Part shown: positions 19,285 through 27,464 of the stretch, in pieces
Layout: each line of letters begins with the position of its first letter
How positions within the stretch are numbered: the stretch's first letter is position 1
Assembly: GCA_041688145.1 (NCBI GenBank)
Contig: JBDNIV010000025.1
Span: 4,047-68,046 of the forward strand
DNA from: Chlamydiia bacterium
GTDB taxonomy: Bacteria; Chlamydiota; Chlamydiia; Chlamydiales; JAAKFQ01
DNA length: 64,000 nt
Direction of reading: 5' to 3'
Program-made: the position numbers and the translations under genes
The notes under the pieces: model-generated
What the model was told of the DNA's origin: nothing
Seen by the model: only the letters and a program-made list of their open reading frames with translations
Database searches by the model: none

Positions 19285-20706
19285 TTAGCAAACCACCTTA
19301 TCTTCTTCCACTGCTTTGCGAAAGCGCTTGCCGAGTAAAAGAGCTATTACAAACCATAGGGCAAGCAAAGGAAAGCCTATAAAACTGCTGCATACTAAAT
19401 AATAAGAGTAGCCGACAGCTGGCCCAAAAGCAGATTTTAAGGGTGCGAGCGTCATATTGAAAAGAGAGCCAAATTGTTTAGAGGTCCTAGAGCCAAAAGT
19501 TTCTATCCATGCCTGAGCTTTAAAGCGAGCATCAGGTGTTGTAGGAATATAAAGTTGTTTCAATGCAGGGCCGTTTAGAGCGTAGTTGATGGCTTTTGCT
19601 CCTACCATAAGAGCAAACAGGAAAGTTAAAGAATTTAGAGATAAAAAACCTAGAAGAGCAACGCCTACAATTATTGGCATAGCTGCTAAAGCGACACCAA
19701 TGCCTAAAAAGCGTGTAATATTACTAATGCCTAAAAGTAGGCAGCTTAAAGAGACCAAGCTTACACTAGAGCCATAAAGGCTTAAATATCGGCTAAGAGC
19801 AACACCTGAATACTGCTCACTTGCCGCAATTTTAAAGTTGAAGTCAAATATAGTCACGATGACTTCATAAATGAATATAGCGATAAATATTCCAAGCAAA
19901 TAACGGTGTTTGAACAAAAGCTTCAGTCCTTCTGTAAAACCAGGCTCTTGTTTCTTTTTTTCGGTAGTTTCATTTTTCCCATGAAAAGGCGTTAAAAGTT
20001 CTTTAGGAGTTTTTTTGCATAACTGTCTGAATAGAGGGATAATAAGTAAAATGAGCAGGCCTAAACACGCCATGGACAAAGCGTCTGTATGAAGAGAGAG
20101 TCTATAAGGAAGTCCCCCTATAGCATAAGGGCATATGATGCCTCCTATCTGTCCAATAGCTACAACTAGGGGAAAGCCTCGTTTAGCAGATTGTGGATTT
20201 GTAACATCTGCAGAAAAAGCCCAGAAAAGAGCAACAATTAAAGAGCCAAAACTTTCAACAAACAGGTACCAGAGGTAGCCGAGTCCTTTTGAACAGATCA
20301 GGAATAAAGGGCCATGAGCAGTCTGATTATGGAGAGCACCTTGGACAAATAGCATAATAAGACTGAAAGCTAAGACTGTAATCCCATAAAAAAGAGGCAA
20401 TATATGGAGCATTTTTTCTCGAGAAGTCTTTTCTAAAAGACGTGTGTAAAACATAACAAGAGGCAGTAAAGCAATAACAGATACAGTTTTTGCAAAAGGT
20501 AGCTCTAGCCTATCGGCTAACTGAATAAATATAGCATCTTTTAAAGGCCGCAGTGTCCAGTAGACTCCAATAATGACAGCAAATATAAGCCCCATGCGAA
20601 GAAATTTTTTAAACTCTTCTTTTTGGAAGTCGCCAAAGTTGAACCGGCATATCCATTGAAAAAATCGAATTGTCTTATCTAATATTCCCATATTTAGTAA
20701 CTCCAT
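19285..20706 (-). CDS. TLC (NTT/Npt)-like membrane transporter, divergent member
   Basis: About 12 hydrophobic segments. The N-terminal EEFKKFLRMGLIF....YWTLRPLKD parallels the TLC pattern HELKKxLP......NYxxLRxxKD seen in the Npt at 50463. An alternative ATG at 20691 has GGAG upstream. Confidence 0.6.
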   Translation of the reverse strand: MELLNMGILDKTIRFFQWICRFNFGDFQKEEFKKFLRMGLIFAVIIGVYWTLRPLKDAIFIQLADRLELPFAKTVSVIALLPLVMFYTRLLEKTSREKMLHILPLFYGITVLAFSLIMLFVQGALHNQTAHGPLFLICSKGLGYLWYLFVESFGSLIVALFWAFSADVTNPQSAKRGFPLVVAIGQIGGIICPYAIGGLPYRLSLHTDALSMACLGLLILLIIPLFRQLCKKTPKELLTPFHGKNETTEKKKQEPGFTEGLKLLFKHRYLLGIFIAIFIYEVIVTIFDFNFKIAASEQYSGVALSRYLSLYGSSVSLVSLSCLLLGISNITRFLGIGVALAAMPIIVGVALLGFLSLNSLTFLFALMVGAKAINYALNGPALKQLYIPTTPDARFKAQAWIETFGSRTSKQFGSLFNMTLAPLKSAFGPAVGYSYYLVCSSFIGFPLLALWFVIALLLGKRFRKAVEEDKVVC

Positions 20707-20755
20707 TTAAAATCCAGACTGTATTACAATATAGGATTATTTGCATATTTGATAG

Positions 20756-20776
20756 TTTCTATATCTGATATCGAAA
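20756..20776. promoter_or_regulatory. imperfect 21-bp palindrome in the divergent transporter/LysR intergenic region (candidate operator)
   Basis: TTTCTATATC-T-GATATCGAAA, with 9 of 10 positions symmetric. Confidence 0.3.
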
Positions 20777-20822
20777 TTTGTAATAATGCCCCCAGAAAGT
20801 TGTTTTTAATTAGGAGAGTTAT

Positions 20823-21725
20823 ATGAGTATGAGTCTTGTAAATGATGTTGCTGTGTTTGAGCCAGCACAGATTGATTATAAAGAAGATTTCACAAAGATA
20901 AGACCTCATTTTAACACGCTGCGCATTGCTGATTTAGAGATGTTTATTACTGCTGCTAAAACAAAAAATTTGAGTGAGGCTGCTAGGGTACATCATTTAA
21001 GTCAAAGTGCCGCTAGCACAGCAGTGCAGCGTTTAGAAAGAGCTTTAGGTTTGCCTCTATGTAAGCATGAAAAGAAAAAATTTGGTCTGACTTATCTTGG
21101 AGAGAGCCTGCTTCCTAAGCTAGAAAGTTGGATTGAAGACCTTAAGGGAATGGTAAGTTATCGGCAAGAAGCTTTGCCCTTAAGGCTAGCTACAACACAT
21201 GCCCTTGCTAAGATGGCTTTAGAGCCTATTTTATCAGCATCCAAGTTTGAACTGAGTTTAATGCGTCCAGATGAAGCTTATGGTGCGGTTATTAAAGGTC
21301 AGGCAGATATGGCTATTGTATTGGATAATGCTTCTTGGAAGGGGGTAGAAGCTGTTAAATTGGCTGAAGGATCTTTTCAGCTTTTTTCTTCGAAAAAAGG
21401 GGCCATAGAAGGACCTGTGATTATTCCAGAAGATCAAATAGAGGTTCTTTCACTTCAGAGAAGGTGGCTTGAGCTGAAATCAAAGCCACTGGAAATCAAG
21501 GCACGTATTCCTAGCTGGTCTTTAATTGCAGATATATGTGGGTCAACAGATGAAATAGGTTTTCTTCCTGAGTTTTTGGCGACGGGTAAAGGTCTTTATC
21601 CTGTAGATTGGCAACCAGATAAAACATCTTATTCTGTGCTGGCTATATACCGAAAGGAATTACTTGGAGCGCATCAGCGTTTTGATGAGCTAATTCTTAA
21701 GCTTAAGAAAGCTTTTGATTCTTAA
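20823..21725 (+). CDS. LysR-family transcriptional regulator
   Basis: wHTH LEMFITAAKTKNLSEAARVHHLSQSAASTAVQRLERALGLPLC, followed by a roughly 200-aa substrate-binding-like domain. GGAG lies 6 nt upstream of the ATG. Confidence 0.85.
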   Translation: MSMSLVNDVAVFEPAQIDYKEDFTKIRPHFNTLRIADLEMFITAAKTKNLSEAARVHHLSQSAASTAVQRLERALGLPLCKHEKKKFGLTYLGESLLPKLESWIEDLKGMVSYRQEALPLRLATTHALAKMALEPILSASKFELSLMRPDEAYGAVIKGQADMAIVLDNASWKGVEAVKLAEGSFQLFSSKKGAIEGPVIIPEDQIEVLSLQRRWLELKSKPLEIKARIPSWSLIADICGSTDEIGFLPEFLATGKGLYPVDWQPDKTSYSVLAIYRKELLGAHQRFDELILKLKKAFDS

Positions 21726-21828
21726 GTTAGCATGGTAAGAGTGTATCGTCTATCCAAATAACCAATATTTGGAGTAAAAGGCATAGCTCCGATACACTTC
21801 AAAAACCAGCTTTAAACAAGGGGTCTTT

Positions 21829-24327
21829 ATGCGAGCATCTTTTACTTTTCTTCTTACCTGTTTTTTGTGTGTCAACCTTCTTTCACAAGTTTGTGCTAAT
21901 AGTGCACTGAATATTCCCCAGGAGAGGCACCCCAACTGGAAATCTGAGCTAATAGAGGCATACCCTGCAGGTCAGGCTAAAAAGCTTTTATTTTTAGCTC
22001 CAACTAAAGAGGGACTAAAGCCTGTAGAGCTTATCGAGTTTTTTGAGTCTGGAAGGATATATAAAAAAACGCAGTTATCTCAGATAGAAGACAAGGCTTT
22101 AGCAGAGGGTTTAGAGTATGTTTTTAGTACTGAAGGTAAATTAGAGCAGGTGCGTCCTTATAAGAATGGAAAATTAGACGGTGATGTGAAGCTCTTTTAC
22201 CCTAGTGGGAAGGTGCATGCTATTACAGCTTATTTTGAGGGAGAAAAAGAGGGCAAAGAAAGTATCTTTTTTGAAAATGGTGTAGTTCAGGCGAGTTCCG
22301 AGTATCGTTTAGGAACTCTTCATGGAGAGCAGACTATATATTTTCCTTCAGGACAAAAACAGATGCAAGCTCATTTTCGCAATGGTGACTTATGTTGCAT
22401 AAAAACAACGTACTACCCATCGGGCAAAGTCGAGTCAGAAAGTAGCTATGAAAATGGAAAATTGCACAGCAATAAAAGAACGCAGGCGCTCAAGGTCTAT
22501 TTTGAAGATGGCTCTTTAAAGCGTGTTCAGGACTTTGTTGCAGGTAAGCCTCATGGACTTTGTATGAACTATTACCCAGGGGGCGTTTTAGCAAGTGTTA
22601 CTGAATATGAAGAAGGCAGTAAAGAGGGTAAAGAAGAGCATTTTGACAAAGAGGGCAAGCTTATTGGACTGGGCCATTATAAAAAGGGAGTACCTATTGG
22701 ACTTCATTACCGAAAAAATGAAGAAGGCAATCTCATTTATGAAGGAGACTTTGACCATGAAGGTACATCTAAAAAATCTATTGAAAAGCGTACAGATTCA
22801 GGTGAGCTTATTCAACGCTATAGCCTATTGAAAAATAAGTTAGAAGGGCTTCTGTGCCAGTGGCGTCCAGATGGCACTTTAGAGCTAAAGCAGTCATATA
22901 AAGCAGGCATTTTAGATGGGGAGCAGTTGCAGTGTCATGCTTCAGGAGAACCTTTTGTAAAGGCGCACTTTAAAGAAGGCAAGCGCTCAGGTCTTTATAC
23001 GCAATTTTATCTATCAGGACAGATCGAGATGCAAGCAAACTATTTAGAGGGTGATTTACATGGCCCGTTTGAAGTTTGGTATGAAGCAGGCCAGAAAAAA
23101 CTTGAGCAGTACTATGAGCATGGCAAACTGCATGGGCTTAAAGTTTTGTGGCATGAAAATGGAGCTAAGCAGTCAAGTGAAAGTTATGACATGGATAAAA
23201 TGCATGGGGATCGTGAAGTTTGGAGTGATAAAGGGATCCAAATTCAAAAAGCTCACTATGTAGGCGACGCTCTTGAAGGGGATTTTTGTCTTTGGCATCC
23301 AAATGGCCAGGTGTCTGTAAAAACCAACTATAAAGCAGGCGTTATAGATGGAATATTTGAAGCATGGCACCCTGATGGGAGCCTACATAAGCTTCTCTAT
23401 TTCATAGAGGGCAAATCTCATGGAGAGCAAAAAGAGTATTTTCCTAAAAATGAAAAGGGAGAGGCGAAGTTTTCTTTTTTTGGTAACTTTGATCACGGCA
23501 TCCCAATAGGTGAGCATAAAGCATATCACACAACGGGAAAGCTTAAGGAGCTGGCTTACTTTGAAGAAGGCAAGATCCATGGGGTAAAATCAGTATTCGA
23601 TAAGCTGGGCACGCTTATTGAAGAGACAAGCTTTAGCCAAGGTCTTTTAGAGGGGAAATATTTTTATAAAGCACCTAATGGCAGTGAAATAGTCGCGTAC
23701 TACAAGAATGATTTGCAAGATGGGTTAGAGACAAGATATTACCCACCTCATGAAACTTTTGGCACAGTAAAAGCTTTAGAGGTGCGTTACAAAGAAGGAC
23801 TGTTAGAGGGCTTAAGTGTAGGCTATAATGAATCAGGGTCAAAACTTTTTGAAGTCACCTATAGCTCAGGCAAAAAAGAAGGGGCAGAAAAGCTTTTTTA
23901 TCCAGGGGATAAAGTTTCTCAAGAAGCGTGCTATAAGGAGGGGGTTTTAGAGGGGCTCCATATTAAGTATTATCCAAATGAAAAAGTTATGGAAAAGACG
24001 CCTTATGTAGCAGGTCAAAAAGAGGGTGTTGCGCGCACCTTTTTTGAATCAGGCTTACTTAAAAAAGAGCAGCCTTATAAAGCGGGCCTTTGCCAAGGCG
24101 CAGCAAAAGAATGGAATGAAAAAGGGATTCTTATTTGTGAGGTGCACTTTGACAAAGATAAGAAAGAGGGACCTTTTAAGAAGTTTTATCCCAATGGAGC
24201 ACTTCGTTTAGAACAGACATTTTCTAATGATCTTTTAGAGGGCACTAAAAAGCGTTATAATGCTGAAGGAAATTGTATAGAAGAGAGTGTTTATAAGTCA
24301 GGGCAGAAAGTGGCTGAGCCTGCTTAA
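21829..24327 (+). CDS. secreted YwqK/MORN-variant repeat protein (about 30 repeats by eye)
   Basis: Signal peptide MRASFTFLLTCFLCVNLLSQVCANS. A recurring ~23-aa unit follows, e.g. YKNGKLDGDVKLFYPSGKV, YEHGKLHGLKVLWHENGAK, YKEGLLEGLSVGYNESGSK. Confidence 0.8.
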   Translation: MRASFTFLLTCFLCVNLLSQVCANSALNIPQERHPNWKSELIEAYPAGQAKKLLFLAPTKEGLKPVELIEFFESGRIYKKTQLSQIEDKALAEGLEYVFSTEGKLEQVRPYKNGKLDGDVKLFYPSGKVHAITAYFEGEKEGKESIFFENGVVQASSEYRLGTLHGEQTIYFPSGQKQMQAHFRNGDLCCIKTTYYPSGKVESESSYENGKLHSNKRTQALKVYFEDGSLKRVQDFVAGKPHGLCMNYYPGGVLASVTEYEEGSKEGKEEHFDKEGKLIGLGHYKKGVPIGLHYRKNEEGNLIYEGDFDHEGTSKKSIEKRTDSGELIQRYSLLKNKLEGLLCQWRPDGTLELKQSYKAGILDGEQLQCHASGEPFVKAHFKEGKRSGLYTQFYLSGQIEMQANYLEGDLHGPFEVWYEAGQKKLEQYYEHGKLHGLKVLWHENGAKQSSESYDMDKMHGDREVWSDKGIQIQKAHYVGDALEGDFCLWHPNGQVSVKTNYKAGVIDGIFEAWHPDGSLHKLLYFIEGKSHGEQKEYFPKNEKGEAKFSFFGNFDHGIPIGEHKAYHTTGKLKELAYFEEGKIHGVKSVFDKLGTLIEETSFSQGLLEGKYFYKAPNGSEIVAYYKNDLQDGLETRYYPPHETFGTVKALEVRYKEGLLEGLSVGYNESGSKLFEVTYSSGKKEGAEKLFYPGDKVSQEACYKEGVLEGLHIKYYPNEKVMEKTPYVAGQKEGVARTFFESGLLKKEQPYKAGLCQGAAKEWNEKGILICEVHFDKDKKEGPFKKFYPNGALRLEQTFSNDLLEGTKKRYNAEGNCIEESVYKSGQKVAEPA

Positions 24328-25613
24328 GAGCGCGTTCGCTCTTTTGCAAGCACTTCAATAGCAGATTTCAGGTCGTGATTGAATTTTTCAAGACCTTCTT
24401 TTTTTTGCAAATGGCTGTAGTTTTCCCAATAAAGTGGCGAGCCAAATGTGCAGCTTGTTTTTCCGCAAAGCCTTGGCCATTTACGCACTCTTGGCCATGC
24501 GTCAAAAGACCCTTCAATGTAAGCTGGGACAACAGGTGCGTGCGTTCTTGCTGCAATGCGAACAGCGCCTTGCTGAAATGCTTTAAGCTCTCCATCGATA
24601 GAGCGCTCTCCTTCTGGAAAAAGGACAATCTTTTTATCATCGTTTAATAGTTTGCAGGCGAGCTTGATTGCTGTTAGTTCTTGATCTCCATATTCGATTG
24701 GGTGTGTGTTGAGCTTTTTGATTGCTGAGCCGATAATTTTCCCCTCGAATAGGGTAGATCTAGCGAAAAAGTGCACGGGATAAGAGGTGGAGAAGCTTAT
24801 GATAGGGGGGTCTATAAAAGAGGCATGGTTTGCTGCGATTATCGCCTTTCCTTGAGGGACATTTTCTTGCCCATAAGTTTTATGATGATAGAAAAGACGC
24901 GCTAAAAGGTAGCTAAGGCCGCTGCAAGCGCGGTAAAAAAATGATTTACCCTCTTTCAAAGCTTTTTTGCTAAGAGATAAAAGCTGAGAGAGGACAGCAT
25001 CAATAGAGAAGTTTGATGTGTCAACCAATATAGCGTCATCTGCTTTTTTCAAAGGAGAGTGAGCCCGAGTTTCATCAGCATGGTCTCTTGCATTGATGTC
25101 TTTAAGGACTTCTTCAAAGGGCGTTTTATCGCCTTTTTTTTGTAGTTCATCAAAACGTCTTTTAGCCCTCACAGAGGCTGAAGCAGTTAAAAAGATTTTA
25201 AGTTTAGCATGAGGAAAAACAACGCTCCCCATATCACGGCCCTCAAAGACAGCATTGTGAGCATTTCCAAATGCTTTTTGAATGGGGACTAAATGACTGC
25301 GAACAGCCCCAAGAGCTGCAATTTTAGAAACAAGGTGAGTCACCTCATCAGAGCGCACTTCACTTGTGACATCGTGTCCATTAACAAAGTAGGTATTAGA
25401 GCCATTTTCGGTTTTAATAGTGTATTTAAAGCGGTCAAAACCTTTAGCTAGAGCATCGTGGTCATCGGGATCGATCCCCTCTTTTAAAATAAACCAAGTG
25501 TATGCGCGGTACATAGCGCCTGTTTCAAAGTAAGAAAAACCTAAGGCGTGTGCAAGATTTTTAGCTAGAGTGGTCTTCCCTGTTCCTGCAGGGCCGTCAA
25601 TTGCAATGATCAT
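24324..25613 (-). CDS. bifunctional fusion: cytidylate kinase (N-terminal) and 1-acyl-sn-glycerol-3-phosphate acyltransferase (C-terminal)
   Basis: N-terminal IIAIDGPAGTGKTTLAK..ETGAMYR...FEGRDMG is Cmk. C-terminal IAANHASFIDP (H-x4-D) and VLFPEGERS are PlsC blocks. One uninterrupted 429-codon frame. Confidence 0.85.
   Translation of the reverse strand: MIIAIDGPAGTGKTTLAKNLAHALGFSYFETGAMYRAYTWFILKEGIDPDDHDALAKGFDRFKYTIKTENGSNTYFVNGHDVTSEVRSDEVTHLVSKIAALGAVRSHLVPIQKAFGNAHNAVFEGRDMGSVVFPHAKLKIFLTASASVRAKRRFDELQKKGDKTPFEEVLKDINARDHADETRAHSPLKKADDAILVDTSNFSIDAVLSQLLSLSKKALKEGKSFFYRACSGLSYLLARLFYHHKTYGQENVPQGKAIIAANHASFIDPPIISFSTSYPVHFFARSTLFEGKIIGSAIKKLNTHPIEYGDQELTAIKLACKLLNDDKKIVLFPEGERSIDGELKAFQQGAVRIAARTHAPVVPAYIEGSFDAWPRVRKWPRLCGKTSCTFGSPLYWENYSHLQKKEGLEKFNHDLKSAIEVLAKERTRS
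24326..24345 (+). terminator. terminator candidate for the repeat-protein gene, embedded in the 3' end of the convergent gene
   Basis: AAGAGCG-CGTT-CGCTCTT followed by TTG. Starts inside the TAA stop at 24325-24327. Confidence 0.4.
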
Positions 25614-26473
25614 TAGATGAAGTGGGTAAGCTTAATATAGAAGTATAAAAAAGCTGAGGAAAAAAGTAGAGAATCAATCATGTCTAAAACTCCTCCAAGA
25701 CCAGGCAATTGGTTGCTGTCTTTAACATGAGCATCTCGCTTAAGTAGAGATTCAGATAGATCGCTAAACTGACCAATCATAGGGAGCAAAATTCCTAGGA
25801 AAATTGCTTGAAAAAGCGTTAAGCGCATAGGCCAGATGCCAGGCAGTTGAATAAAGAAATGAAAGCCTACAGAAAATGCGAGGCCACCTACAAGAGCTGC
25901 AAAAAAACCTTCACGCGTTTTTTTAGGACTTATTGTGGAGAGTGTATTCGAGCCGAGGGTTTTGCCAAAAAAGTAAGCTGCTACATCCCCTATCTTAACT
26001 GCACCTAGAAAATAGATAAGCCACATCCGGCCATCTTCTATGATATAAGGGCCATACAAGATATAGACCATAAATCCTAAAGGAACAGCAATGTACATAA
26101 GGCCAAAAGCTGCTGTGCTAATATGCGCCAAGGGCTCTTCTGTGGGATTTTTATGAATAAAGAAGAGTAAGATGACCCCTAAGGTGAGGATAAATGCAGG
26201 GAGAAAGTTCAGATTCATCACAAAGCTTGAGGCAAAGCTTGCTATGATATAAAGACCGGCAAAAGTAGCCATTGTTTTTTTGGAAAGCTTGAGGCCTTTA
26301 TGATCAGCAAGTACACAAAATTCAGTAGCAGCAACCACGCCTAGTAATATAAAAAACCCTAATACTAAGAGCCAGCCTATAGGGGAAAAAGCAAGGTAAA
26401 TACTCGCTGCTACAAGCACTGTCACTAGGCTGCTTGCTACTAGGCGACTTTTCCAGTCAGAGAGTTTTTTCAT
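25613..26473 (-). CDS. cdsA: phosphatidate cytidylyltransferase (CDP-diglyceride synthase)
   Basis: Multi-pass membrane protein with the C-terminal signature SLLKRDAHVKDSNQLPGLGGVLDMIDSLLF (CdsA S..KR...KD....PGHGG.LDR.D). TAATG overlap with the downstream fusion gene. Confidence 0.85.
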   Translation of the reverse strand: MKKLSDWKSRLVASSLVTVLVAASIYLAFSPIGWLLVLGFFILLGVVAATEFCVLADHKGLKLSKKTMATFAGLYIIASFASSFVMNLNFLPAFILTLGVILLFFIHKNPTEEPLAHISTAAFGLMYIAVPLGFMVYILYGPYIIEDGRMWLIYFLGAVKIGDVAAYFFGKTLGSNTLSTISPKKTREGFFAALVGGLAFSVGFHFFIQLPGIWPMRLTLFQAIFLGILLPMIGQFSDLSESLLKRDAHVKDSNQLPGLGGVLDMIDSLLFSSAFLYFYIKLTHFI

Positions 26474-26495
26474 AATAGGCTCATTCGGTTTGCTT

Positions 26496-27272
26496 TTAGG
26501 CGCCCTGCCTAACAGAGCGTTTTTGGAAATCTAATACTGCTTGTAGGAGGTCATCAGGAGAAAAGTCTGGCCAAAGCGTTGGGGTCATGACCATTTCAGA
26601 ATAGGAGACCTGATAGAGCAGGAAATTGCTAATGCGCATCTCCCCGCTTGTTCGGATGAGAAGTTCTGGATCGGGAAGTTGGGCTGTATCTAAGTGGGAG
26701 CGGATTGTTTCATCGGTAATAGAGTGTGGATCTAGAGAGCCTGCTTTTGCAGCAAATGCAATTCTTTGACACGCTCGCCTAATTTCATCACGCCCGCCGT
26801 AGTTAATCGCAAGCACAAGATCAAGTTTACTTCCTTTAGCTGTAAGCTCTTCTGTTTCTCTTAAGAGTTCTAAGTAGCTTTTAGGAAGATTAGACGTGTC
26901 GCCAATATGCCTAAGACGAACACCTTCATCTAGCATGCGATTTCTTTCTGATATAAGGTAGCGTTTAAAAACAGACATGAGCGTGGAGACTTCCCGTTTA
27001 GCTCGACTCCAATTTTCTGTAGAAAAGACGTAGGTCGTGAGTGTTTTAACCCCAAGGCTTTCAGCGGCTCGGGTGATGGCGCGCAGGTTTTGAGCGCCTC
27101 TCCAATGTCCTACCCAGGCAGGAAGGCCAAACTTTTTGCTCCAGCGGCGGTTCCCATCCATAATAATAGCAATGTGTTTGGGAATGCGGCCAGGATCAAG
27201 AGCTGATAATTTTTCATCACTGAATAAAACGGAGGGCTCTTTAGAGTCTTTTTGTTGAAAGGCTACAGACAT
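26496..27272 (-). CDS. uppS: undecaprenyl (isoprenyl) diphosphate synthase
   Basis: HIAIIMDGNRRW, FSTENW.R, RTSGE.R.SNFLL.Q..Y.E. Confidence 0.9.
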   Translation of the reverse strand: MSVAFQQKDSKEPSVLFSDEKLSALDPGRIPKHIAIIMDGNRRWSKKFGLPAWVGHWRGAQNLRAITRAAESLGVKTLTTYVFSTENWSRAKREVSTLMSVFKRYLISERNRMLDEGVRLRHIGDTSNLPKSYLELLRETEELTAKGSKLDLVLAINYGGRDEIRRACQRIAFAAKAGSLDPHSITDETIRSHLDTAQLPDPELLIRTSGEMRISNFLLYQVSYSEMVMTPTLWPDFSPDDLLQAVLDFQKRSVRQGA

Positions 27273-27464
27273 AAGGCTTTAAGTTTAAATGTAAATTTTG
27301 GATCTCAGCCTACACAAAATAGAATTGTTTGGGTATCTTAAATTTTTTCTATCAAGGAGAGGCTGGAGTAGAGTTTTTTTGCTTATATCTATCGATGCTA
27401 TGGACAAAACAGGCTTAAGGCGGTATTCTGGGCACTTTTTAAAAAGCAAACGCGGAGCTTCAAA

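Noticed and set aside
24368-24647. Pair of 90-codon ORFs on both strands
   Set aside because: Both lie inside the PlsC domain of the Cmk-PlsC gene in other frames. The PlsC motifs are in the annotated frame.
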